Assembly: GCA_015680685.1 (NCBI GenBank)
Contig: MNCI01002803.1
Span: 1 to 64,000 of the forward strand
Length of the DNA stretch: 64,000 bases
DNA from: Gnetum montanum
Lineage: Eukaryota; Plantae; Gnetophyta
Direction of reading: 5' to 3'
Position 1 is the first letter of the stretch; the number at the start of each line of letters is the position of its first letter. This document shows, in pieces, positions 40,085 through 52,340 of this stretch. Below the pieces are notes generated by a model that was given only the letters and a program-made list of their open reading frames with translations, made no database searches and had not been told where the DNA came from. Both the position numbers and the translations under genes were made by a program.

Positions 40085-42096
40085 CATGAATGATCTACAC
40101 AATAACTAGTAGCAATGTTCAAGATGATTTTATCTTTGTCCATTCAAAATAATTTTATCCTTTAAATGCATATCTTAATTTAATTGGTACTATTCTGTGC
40201 ATAAGAAATCAAAATGTAAACCCATGAAAACTAAAACTGAAATTGCCTCTGGATATACTAGATAGTAGAAGTAATAGTCTTGTAATCCCCATTAATTTTG
40301 CATTCTTTTAAATAGAGCTCTTTCTCTCTTTTATAGGTAAGACATCAATTAGAACTATGTTTGTAGAATCATTCCAAACTCTATTCTCTAGAACTTGTAG
40401 CCATGGCCAAAGGTATGGAGTTTAGGATCGATATTAATTTACTTGCAATGCATAGAAAATCAACCTTAGATCTTACAAAGACAAGGACCTGAGATGATCC
40501 ATGCGGTGAGAGGAGGGATTGAAAAAAAATTCTCAAGCATTTGTTCATAAAATCCAAGGTTGTGTAATTCCTCTTCAAATCAAAATCCAAAGATACTACT
40601 CTTAAGACATTTAAGTTTTCTATAGTTGTTTTCATTTTGGACACAAATTTCCTTCTCGAGTTATGCTTTACTTACAATGAAAAGAAACCCAATGATCACT
40701 TGCATCCCTTGTTGGATTTCAGGGCATAAAACACATGTGGGCCACATTGTAAGTAATGATTTCTTTAAACTCAAGAATTAGATTCCATTGCTTATCATTC
40801 TAAATCTCATCATAGACAAATGCATGTTTGAATACGCACATTCCTCCAAAGACATTTCTAAATGGTTTGATTTTAAATTGATCATTGGATTATTTCTAAT
40901 CAAAGTGGGGCATGAGAATCTATGGATTGTAACCATGAAAGACCCTTAGCCTAGACACTTGATATAATGTGTGCATGGTTGCATAGTGGATTCTAATCAT
41001 TAAAATGATTTCTTCTTATTACTATTTACAAATATACCTTATTTAATTTCATTCACCAAAAGAACCAAGGGTACTAGCTATCATTCAATTTATTATCAAA
41101 TTTTAATTTTTTCAATGGTATTTTGTTGCTTTTCTAGTTTTAATCTTTCTTTACCTTTTAAAGAAATTGCAAATAAACAATCATATATAAAGAAACTTAT
41201 GTAACCAAGACCAAGCTCATTTTTGCATGATAAGATGATGATGATTCTTTACTTAAAATTTCTTTTAAATTTCAGATAGAAAAGCTATTTTTTACAAATA
41301 ATGAATGAATGTAGAAATCAATCTAATAAGATTATAACTATCATTCTTGTGGATTCCCAAGGAAGGATCAGAAAATTCTAGAAATGCTGCATTGAAAAAT
41401 GTAGTTTAGGAGAACGCAAATAGGAGAAACAATATCAAAGGAAATAGAAAAAGAAATATAATTGGTCAAATTCCAATAGAGAAAGAGGTAGAGAAGGTAG
41501 GAATTTCTATCCATGTGTCATCCAATGACCTTTGTTTAAAGAAGAGATGTTTTGTAAAAAAGGTCATATGCATCTTCCCAAGGTAGTATTAGATGACAAC
41601 AGTGAAGTGATATTGAGAAACATGATGACATGTAAGGAATTCTACATTAAACCCAATGAAAGATTCTTTTAATAGGTACATGGTCCTCATGCCCAATCTG
41701 ATCTAGATTCATAGTGATGTAGCTATTTTGATCAAGCAAGGCATTATGCAAAATTCACTTGAGAACAATGAGAGTGTTTCCCATCTTTTTAATGACCTCA
41801 ACAAATTTTTTAAAGTAGACAAAGTCCCCATGATCAATGAGAAAATTGTGAAAAGAGTAAAAACATATTATAATAGCTTGCTAAGAATCATTCTTAATGA
41901 TTTCATTCATACTAATTTCATAGATCCATGGTATACTTGTGCAACCATTACTGCATTCACCATACTTGTTTGTATGATTGTCAAACTATTTACATGGTAT
42001 TATAATTGTTCAAAAGTGCTTGTTTGTATTGGTGTTAATGTAATAAATAATAATTACATTAATCGTGCAACCTATATTTTTCATGTACTATTTTGA
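40085..42096 (+). pseudogene. DUF247 family pseudogene, copy 3
   Basis: Colinear with copies 1-2; GIMQNSLENNESVSHLFNDL, FIDPWY; stops and frameshifts. Confidence 0.88.
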
Positions 42097-42264
42097 GTAG
42101 CTGATGTGCTTCTCTCAATGAAAAAGCTTGTGTTCTAAAATCAACATGTCCAATGTCCAATTTTTATGGGAAATAGATCTACTAAGGATAATAGAATATT
42201 AAAGAGCTGGAATTTTTACGGAAATTCTTTTCAAGAATTTTTAATATTCATTTCCATTGGTAAT

Positions 42265-44257
42265 TGTTGATGTGTAAATTTTGAACACATCAACACTTGA
42301 AAACTCATTTAGAAAGACTATTGCCTAGGGCACCTCTCGTATGGGTATGGAAACTTGGGAATAGTCTTATCTAGAGAGGGCTATGTGACATTAAATAGTT
42401 AAATGACCTTAGATTAGGGCACTTTGAAGAAATAGCAACTATTTGGCAAAAGAAATCTTTCAAGGTAATATAAATAAAAGACTACAATGGAACTTAGCTT
42501 AATTGAGCATAAGATTTGGTTGCTTTGGCCTAGCTAAGGCTACCTTTGCTAGCTAGCCTACATGTGTTTCCCATTACCATTGAGGGGGAGGAGGTGGTGA
42601 TTGTGATGGTGACAATGGTGTTGGTGTCGTTTGCTGTCATTGCTCATAGCATCATTACCAATGGTGGCATCCACTACTAGGCAGAAAGCTCTACTACTGT
42701 AGGGATGAACTTTTGTGCACTTCCATTCACAATGTTCAACTTTGCCTACCATTACTGATGCATGCTGCCATCGTTGATGCATGCCGTCACGACTGCCATT
42801 GATCACCATGCATTTTTGTTATTCGCCACTAACCATCACATGCACATTGCTATCTAAGGCTAACCACCATGTGCATGCTGCTATCCATGGCTAACCACCA
42901 TGTGCATGATACTATCCATCATTGACACACATGCACACTACTATTGAGCTGTTGGTGCCATGCACACACTATTGTTGAGCTGCTTGTAATTTTGCGTGTT
43001 GTCATCATTGATGATGCACACCATAGTTGCTAACATCAACTCTCATTTCCATCACTTACATCCACCTACAAACTAACTGCTCATCGCCATGCACCTACCA
43101 ACTACTAGCTTAGAGTGGCCAAGAGAGATCCCCCTAAGATCTCTACATTTCATCATTGCCACTCCCTTTATAAGCCACTCTGATCAATGCCATTAAATGC
43201 CCATGTTCACATGTTCACCATCATTACCATGTCACCCACATTTGCACATCCACCACCACCATTACATTACCCGTGTTAACACATCGCTGCCATTGTAATG
43301 TCCGTGAAGATTAGGTCAAGTTTGAAGAAAACGTTAATGTGATCTAGCCCTAAAATGACACATAAACTATCATTTTGATGCTACTCTATTGTGCACTCAT
43401 TTCTGGTTCATTTGTGAAAATAATAATTATTTATGAAAAGGTATGGAAATCCAGGCCTAAGCCCTATATTATATTTGTGGCAAGATGAGGATGTTGATGT
43501 TGCCATCATTCTACCATGATGCCAAAGCAAGAAAATAGATTAATAATGAATTTTACTAGAGTGTTCCCAGAGAGGCATCATTGCCATAGTGTAGATTGAG
43601 ATTTGTTTATTAATAGTGCATGTTTCTAAGCACGCTTGCAATGTAGCTACCTTGGTTGGTTAGAAGGAACATGGGCCATGCACAATAGAAGTAGAGGCAT
43701 CACTTGTTGCTGTGGAAGCATGATATGGGATGATGATGATGATGGATAAAGATGTTGAGCATTAAAGAAACCTTCATAGAACATTAAGAAGTGGTAGTTT
43801 AAAAAAATGAAGATGATCCAATAAAAGATACTCTTATTAATGTAGAGGCATCATTCTCTCTCCCTCTCTCTCTTTTGTCCTTTACCTTCTTTTTATTTTG
43901 CTATGAGAGAATACTGGATTAGAATGTCACCAACCAATACTTATGATTCCTCTTTATGCCTAGCCCTTGATATCAGTCAAGAAACAAAGTTGGGTAACTG
44001 TGGTTTTTGTATCTTATAATGGTGTGCCTAATCCTTCCTCATAAATTTGATGTGCAAGTAGAAACATTCTTGCTAGAAGTAGAATTAAGGTTTAATAACA
44101 AGATCCAAATTACTAGTTATTAAGCTTACTTTACTTTATCTATAACACGATCAAAAATGATTTGCATGGTTAGAAACCCATATGATTTTCTTTGTCATGG
44201 AATCAAAAACTATTAATTGTGGCCCCTTACTTAGCATGGGCGATGTTGGCATCAACA
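42265..44257 (-). repeat. 3' LTR of Tat element (~2 kb)
   Basis: tgttgatg...ggcatcaaca termini; PPT (minus) tttgggggataag at 44258-44270. Confidence 0.9.
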
Positions 44258-46264
44258 CTTATCCCCCAAACTAGAAATTGCATGCAAGTGCAANCTTTAT
44301 GAATCATTACTTTAACTATATATATAAAATTAAAGTATATAATTAATATCTCATTCCCAATCTTTTCACAAGGTAGAGTAAAATTATGTGGAATACTTTG
44401 ACCATAAGGCTTATGCCAAACTTAATGAAGAAGATAAGCTTATCTTAGATCATAGCTAGCCACAACTTTTGGATTTTTCCTGGTGACTCTTTTCTTTTAC
44501 ACTAGGAAGGGAATTTGTGAAAAGGGATTGTTTTCTTTTCTCTTTTTTTTTTTCAATTTGGGGAATGGAGGCTAGGATGAGTATTGTTACTAGACCCCAT
44601 CATACTTAAGAACTTATTACACTACTAATGAACATGGTCCTCATTCTTTTTCTTTTGTCTCTCTTTTTATTTTTAGGAAAATTTGCTCATGGTGTACTTT
44701 ATTCTTAAGGTAGAAATTCCAACATGAATCTAGCCAATTAGCTATATTGCTAAAGAGCATGGTTCTTTTAGAAACTTTCCTCATGGTGCAGTTCAACCCT
44801 TGTGTATGTGCCTTTAATTACAATCTAGATAACATCATAGTAGGTCTTCTCAATGGCTAAGGGTTCTCAATTGAAGATGAACACACTTCACCTTGTTGCT
44901 CACAGAATAGCCATGGATCATCACACTTAAGGGCTGGGGCTTATGAGAGGAAAAGTGGCATTTTCCATGGTCACTTAGTAATTGTGGCTAACCATTTTCC
45001 AATTTCACAGATCCTACATTCACATGATCATGATTACAACATGATAAGTTAGCATAAATCATGTCCTCCATAATCCAACATAACTAATAAAACTAAAACC
45101 TTAAAATAGTCTAGGAAGAATCATAGCATTATTGAAATAAATTATATAAAGAAGATTTTATATATTAGAAATATGATATATCATATAAAGCATTATACTT
45201 GCATTACTTTCAAATGATGTTATGATGACCCAATGCCTAGTAACTCAAATGATCATAATGATTACTAAAATCATATAAAAAGCACAAATCAAACCAAGCC
45301 AATATGCTAAGAAAGAAATGATGGAAATGCAAAGAAAATATGCAAATGCAACTATATACATAAGAAATGCATGATGAAGGAGAAGAAAACATGTAACTAA
45401 GGATCTACTAGGTGTCCATGTGTGCACCTAAGTAGAAATGCTTTAGATGAAATGCATTAAAATTTATATGTAACTTATATCCTTGCATATAAGCAATTTT
45501 GTAAACATTGGGGCCAATGATGTTTGTAACTTAGAATTGACCTAACCACATAAGAGAAAACTTAGTTTGAGGGCTGGTTTGATCAAATGCTCTATCTCTC
45601 TTAAGGACGAATTCACCTACTTGAAACACTTTGGCTGCATATTTCTTATCAAACCATTTTTTTAATAATTTGTTGATGAATCAATAGATTTTCAATTAAT
45701 TTGACCCTTTAATATGCTAAGAAAGAAATTATGGAAATGTAAAGAAAATATGCAAATGCAACTATATACAAAATAAATGCATGGTGAAGGGGAAGAAAAC
45801 ATGCAACTAAGGATCTACTAGGTGTCCNAATCTTTGCATATTAGTTTTTCTTAGACTATTTACCAACTAACAAAGATTTAATATCATGTACATATGATAT
45901 TTGGAATTTAGAGCTTAAAAGGATCAAAGTAATTGAAAATCTATTAAGTCATCAAAAAATTGTTAAAAATGGTTTGATAAGAAATATGTAGTCAAAGTGT
46001 TTCAAGTAGGTGACTTGGTCATTAAGAGAGACAAAGCATTTGGTCAAACTAGCCCTCAAAATATGTTTTCTCTTATGTGGTCAGGTCCATTCTAAGTTAT
46101 AAACATCATTCGCCCCAATGTTTAAAAAATTGTTTATTTGCAAGAATATAAGTTACATAGAAATTTTAATGCATTTCATCTACAGCATTTATACTCAGCT
46201 GCACACGTGGACACCTAGTAGATCCTTAGTTGCATGTTTTCTTCCCCTTCANNNNNNNNNNNNN

Positions 46265-46960
46265 ATGCTAGGTTTGTGGGTTTTAGACTATCATTTTCTT
46301 AATTCCATCCAATATAATTTTATTGGAGGACTCAACCAAACCATTACCTTGTGGATAATATTCAATTATAGCCTTGATAATAACATTACGCTCTCTAGCC
46401 CAATTTGTAAACTTTATGGAGATGAAGGTGGGTCCATTGTTGACTACTAAAGTGTAAGGATACTCGTATTTAGAGATTATATCATTTTATAAAAAGCAAA
46501 TAACTTTACAAGATGATGTGATTTTAGTTGCTTTCACTTCTAACTAACATGTGCAATAATCATTGGCTATTAAGATAAACTTATGTAGGGTAGTAGACAA
46601 AGGATTAATCACTCCAATAAAATCTAAAGTCCATTATGCAAATGGTCTAGTTTCTATTATAGTTTGTAAAGGAGCAAACTCTTGGGATCTCTACCTTTAA
46701 ATATTTGACATTGGATAGAATTTCTAACTAGGTTGCAAGTGTCATCGATCATAGTGGGCCAATAATACCCAACCCTCACAATTTTATGAACTAACAAATA
46801 ATATCCTATATGTCCTTCCTCATGGAGCTATTTTAAAACATCGTTAGCTTGTTCTTGGCTCAACCACTTAAGGTATATTCCTTGGAAATTACTTCTAAAT
46901 AATTCACCACTAATTAGAGTGAATTTAGAACATTTGAATACTAAAACCTTTCTTTTATAT
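46265..46960 (-). pseudogene. Integrase remnant (zinc finger and core) of Tat element
   Basis: Minus-strand HEGHIG, VGYYWPTM, IQCQ, DNGPTFI; the GPF-motif tail lies at ~45300-45710. Confidence 0.8.
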
Positions 46961-47139
46961 CTAGGTAAATCCAAAGGATAATGATGGAAGGTTAAATAAA
47001 ATTAAATATCACCATACCATGGATCATGCAATTGGTTGAGGGTAAATGAGATATCGTTATCCTCATCAATGCATAATATGTGAAGAAGAATTGATTCTTT
47101 ATCTTTGGGTGCATCACAATTTTCTAAAGTTGAGGCATT

Positions 47140-48599
47140 GGAAATTAGCTTAGCAAGACTAGTTCCTCTAACTAACTTGGCTATGTTCCATTGAATATCA
47201 AATTCTTACAACTTCATCACCCATTTAGCTTGTTTTTCATTGGGATCTTCTAGTTTAGATAAAGCAATGCTAGCTGGATTAGGGATAATGACAAAAACCT
47301 TTACATTTAACAGATAGTAGTGAAATTTCTTTAAGGCTTTTATCACAACATACAATTTCTTTTCTAAAGGTGAGTATTTTATTTCTACATTCTTTAAACG
47401 TGTAGACATGAAAGCTATGGGTCTCTCACCTTGATCAACTACATGTTGGATTAAGATAGTAGTAGCAGTAACATCACTAGAAAATGCATATAAGAGGAAA
47501 TCATTCTCATGCCAAGGAGAAGCTAGGATTCAAACATCTATAATGGTCTCTTTAATAGTAAGGAAATCATTCTTTGTTTTATTTGTCCAGTGCATATTAT
47601 TATCTTTCTTAAGCATCTCATTCAATGGTCTAAACAATTCAACATAGATTGGGGTAAATCATCTAACAAAATTAATTTTCCCAAAGAAATCCCTTAGATC
47701 AGTCTTAGATAAAGGGTAAGGTACTTCTAAAACCACATTTACTTGCTTGAGATTAATTGCAATCCATTCCTTAGTTACTATATGACCTAGAAATTTACGA
47801 CTTTGAACATCGAAGATAGATTTCCTTGCATTCAAAGTGATGCCAAATTGTCTACATCTTAGAAAAATATTTCTAAGGTCTCTAAGATGTGTACCCAAAT
47901 CTTTGCAAAAAATGGTTAAATCATTTAGGTAAATAATAATGCACTTCCTAATTAGCCCCTCAAAAGTTTTGTCCATAGCTCTTTGAAAGGTAGAACCAGT
48001 GTTTAGGAGACCAAAGGACATTTTAGCAAATTGAAAAGTTCCCCATTTTGTTGTCAATGCTATTTTATGCTAGTCTTTCTTACTCACTAAGATTTGATTA
48101 TATCCTAAGTATTTGTCTAGAAAGGAATACATTTGAGCAACATTCATGATTTGTAATAGCTCCTCCATAAGGGGGAGTGGTAATTATCCTTAATGTAAGA
48201 AGTATTGAGGTTACAAAAATCAATACCTAATCTTAATTTGCAAGTTCATTTCCTAACAAGCACCAAGATTGATATCCAAATTGAATGTCTCATAGGGTAA
48301 ATAATCTTGGATTCTATGAGCTTATCAATTTCTACTTTCATTAGGGTTTTAATCTTGGGATTTATAGGTCTATGTTTTTTCCTAAATAATTTCGTTTCTA
48401 ACTTAAGTGGGATAGTATGTGTCATCACTAATGGATTGAAAGTTCTAAGATCTTTGTAAGTCCAAGCTAAAACATCATTAAACTCATGTAATAATTCAAC
48501 CAAGCTTTGTTTTTTGTCTAGATGTAAACAAACTCCTATTTTAATAGGGTATTGTTGTCCTTTCTTTTGAATTTGAATTGTTTTGGTTTCAACTAACAT
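47140..48599 (-). pseudogene. RT and RNase H remnants of Tat element
   Basis: WGTFQFAKMSFGLLNTGSTFQRAM, IIYLNDL (decayed YxDD), KFLGHIV, YSPLEK, KFHYYL. Confidence 0.9.
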
Positions 48600-48849
48600 T
48601 TTCTAATTAGTATTTTTAGATAATTTTATGGTTTTGGTATGTATGTCGGCAAATAACGCTTCTCTAGCTATTACTTCAAGATATTTTGTTTAAGAATATA
48701 ACATCCTCTAATATATCTCCTTGATCACTAAATTGCCCTTCAGAAAATAAAAATTTACAAACATGATTATCATTGTCAAATATTTGAAAAGAAAAGATAT
48801 TATTAGGGTTAGAATAAGACTTGACATTTTCAATTATAATTTTTGAATC

Positions 48850-49242
48850 CTAAGCATTATGTTTAAAATGGACATCCAAAGTAGTGGGCATTTGGGTGAG
48901 TGCATCGAGGACATATTTTTCTTCTCTTGGTATATGTTCAATGGTTATGTGTTCAAACTTTTTAAAAATTTCAAGAATATAATCTTTATATGATTTCATG
49001 GTAACATCTTTATCATCAAAGATTCCATTGACTTGATTTATTACTAGTTGAGAGTCACTATAAATCTTAAGTTTGGATAATTCATAGTATTGAGGTAGCT
49101 TGATCCCATGTATAAGTGCTTCATATTCAACCATGTTAGTCATAGGTTGTGTGAAATTGATGGCTTTAAGGATAGGAGCTTCACCAAAAGGTACAAACAT
49201 TATTCTTGCTCCACATCCTCTCTTGGAAGAGGCACCATCCAA
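48850..49242 (-). pseudogene. Additional archaeal-type RNase H (aRH) domain between protease and RT
   Basis: DGASSKRGCGA, TNMVEYEALIHG, IYSDSQLVINQV, HIPREEK..DAL. Confidence 0.9.
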
Positions 49243-49401
49243 GTGTTTAAGTTAGTGAAATCTAAAAAAATCAATCCTTTTATCAAGTTAACAACAATTG
49301 TCATGAAAATTTGGCTCATCTTCTAATGTTTTATTGGTTAGAATGTCATTTATGTCATTATCATTTTCTAATGGTGGTGGGTCACCAAAAAGAAATGTTC
49401 T

Positions 49402-50229
49402 TCAATCATGTTGATGATATGGTAAAGTATCTTCATAAACTTCTTCACACTCTCTAAAAGCTTGGTAATATTCGGTAGAATGTGTGTACACAAAAGGGTT
49501 TATGCCTAAAGTCTCACTTATATCATCATTCACAAAATACTCACCAAGTCCTAACTCAACAACTCCAATAAAAATACTGGTATTTTGATTTTGAGAAGAT
49601 TTATTTTGTTGATCAAATGTTACCACTTGTTTATAAAAATTTTCTTTTGGTATAATCATATATTCAAACTTTCCTTTGATAGGAATTAATAATTTTGAGA
49701 AATATGACCTAATGAAGCCCCCAAACTTGGCTCCAAAAGTCCTAGATAAAAGCACACCATAAGTGGGTGACATATCAATTACAAAGATATCTATATAACA
49801 TGTAAATGTAGGGTATTGTTTAAGTTGTACTTTCACTCCTTTTAATGATCCTACTGTAGGTACATTAGATCCATTGAGCTGTATCACACTTCTTACTTGT
49901 GGTAGAATTTGTGATCCTAATGTTTTACATACCTCAAGTGGCATGATGCTAACAATTACTCTAGAATCCATTAAACAATTATGAACATTCTTTCTTAAAA
50001 TAATTAAAGTTATCAAGAAAGGAAGTTGATCTTTTTTGTTTGATATGGAATTGCTTGCATTTTGTATTGATAGTGCATTAGGACTTTCTACAAAATGAAC
50101 TTGCCTTTCAATTATTGGAGATTTTTCTTTATTGGTTTCAAGTGTATGAACTATCTTTTGAATCACATCTTTCATTTCATTAAAATGTAGAAGATTATAC
50201 ATTGAAATGTTGGCTTTAACTCTTTTCAA
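49402..50229 (-). pseudogene. Aspartic protease region of Tat element
   Basis: PFLITL..HNCLMDSRVIVSIMP, YGVLLSR. Confidence 0.82.
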
Positions 50230-50588
50230 ATCCTCAACTAGATCATAAGTCTTATGTTCATCTTTAGCTTCTTGTTAAGGTGAAGTTCTTCTAGGTATAG
50301 AAGGGGAGTTTGGTTGTTGTGCGTGTTTGCTTGAGATGGCCCAGTTTGATTATTTGTGTTGTTTTGACTAAGAGCTCTTCTATTTGGAGGAGTGTAAGGA
50401 TTATTCCTATTTTGTTGTTGTGTAGTATTCATAACATCACTAAGTCTATAGTAGCAAGTGTTATGTGGGTTGGGACTACTTACCATGACTTTTTCAAATG
50501 AGGGGATTTCTTCATTTTCTATTTCATGAGGTATGTTTAAGATCATATTTTTTTGACTTTGCGCATTGTCACCATATAATGCTAAAAA

Positions 50589-51570
50589 TTAAGGACCAGT
50601 TTTCTTAGAATGTTGCCTAGTATTATGAAGACGACAATAATCATCATTGATTGATGTGCTTGATTTTTTAGATTGTATAGGAACTTTATTGTTTTTCCAC
50701 TTCAGTTTAGCTACTTCATTGGAAAGCTTTTCAAGTGAAAAGTTAATATTTGTGTCATTTGGTTTTCTGTTTGACAAGTGGATGTATTAGGATTAGATAT
50801 TCCATTTGAATTATGATGGTTTGGATTAAAGCTTTCAATTGATTCTCACTTAAATTGATATTTGGTGGTAAAAATGAAGAGGATGTGGGACCTTGAAAAC
50901 ATCTACTTATAGGTTGAGTCATTTTAAGAGGAGTGGAAGTTTGGAACAAAGTATTATTCATTAGGAAAACTTGTGATGGTAAAGGGGTAGACTGCATATG
51001 GTTTCTAACATTCATCATCCCAAATTGAGTTTGAATGCTATTCATCAAGGTAATTTATTATAACTTAATAGCTTTAGCCATTGCTCCTTGTATTTCCATT
51101 ATGTTGGGATTGGACCTAATACCATAGGTGAAGAATGGAACAATGGTAGAAAGGTAGAAATTAAAGATACCATCAAGTTGCAAATGCATCTCATTGAACA
51201 CATAAGAAAGTTGAGGGAGGAATCTTAGATTGTAATCATAGACATTTGCCCTAGGTAGTTTTCTTAGGCTTGTGAAATTGCTTGATGCTAACGTAGGGCT
51301 AGTGAACTTATCAAATTGAAGTAGGAATTTATTTCTAAATTCTTGCCATGAGTTGATAGAGGCATTTGGAAGCATAAAAGACCAATGGGTGGCTTTGCTC
51401 TTGAAAGTTGTCCCAAACACCCTACATGCTATGTTGTTTTGGAAAATGTTATGGATTCCTAGTAAGGTTTTAAAACATTGTATATGTTGGCAAGCATCAC
51501 TAGTAAGGGTTATGGGATTGAAAAAAAATTTATATTTTAAAGTGATTTCAAAATATCATGATAGTTGTTG
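50589..51570 (-). pseudogene. gag remnant of Tat element
   Basis: FGTTFKSKATHW..LPNASINSWQEFRNKFLLQF, YNLRF; YCRLHNTRQH zinc-knuckle remnant. Confidence 0.82.
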
Positions 51571-52317
51571 AAGTTAAAAAGGTTTCTCACCAAGGGAGTT
51601 AGGGGTTGATTGACTGCTAACCTAGTTTGAGTTCTTCAAGGGATAGAACTTGAAAATCACAAAGCTTGTTGTTTTCTTAAAGTGAAATGATGGGTAGTTG
51701 GTCGATTAGGGGCAAGAGTAAAAGCTCTTTGTTGAGTTGCTCTCTAGGGAGGTTGGCTCATAAAATGAAAAATTATAGAATATACATGCTAAAATGAAAC
51801 TATAAAATTACGTAAAACAAAAGAAAATATTTAGTAATAATATTTTTTTATAAAGTTTAATAGAAAACTAGAATTTACTATATATAAAATTTAATAAAAA
51901 AGAAAATGTAGGAAATTGCAATATATTGAAAGTAAGTAAATTTAAACAAAATAATGTTATCAATGAGAACCACCTCACCAAAGTTAAGACTAAGGTAAGG
52001 ACTACCTAAAATTTGAAATAAGAAATGCAAGTTTAGGAACCTAAAAATGGAACTGCAACAAGATAGGAAAAATAAATGATTTGGCAAACAAATTGAACTA
52101 AAAAACTACTAACTAGAAATGGGGTTGGAAATTTGGATTCTGGAAATGAAAAGTTTTAGGAACCTAAGAACAAAAAATTTTCTAAAAAAAATAGAAAATA
52201 AGGGTTTGGAGATAGAGGTTTTCAATAAGGAGTGCAGGAAAATAAAATTGAGGGAAAAAATAGTTTTGGAACATGAATAGAAAATGAAACAGGATTAGGA
52301 ATAGGAAACAAAACAGG

Positions 52318-52334
52318 CCCTCCTTCTAGAGCCA
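52318..52334 (-). promoter_or_regulatory. Primer-binding site of Tat element
   Basis: Minus strand tggctctagaaggaggg a few bases inside the 5' LTR end; cognate tRNA not assigned. Confidence 0.7.
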
Positions 52335-52340
52335 AAAAGA

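Larger units (their letters stand above)
26870..43975. repeat. Three tandem ~5.9 kb units: [plus LTR 3' part][DUF247 pseudogene][minus LTR part]
   Basis: Equivalent LTR/host junctions at 27250, 33051, 39065 and at 30438, 36308, 42265; equivalent LTR/LTR fusion (ccctt.acatcaatc|gtg) near 31981 and 38020. Confidence 0.9.
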
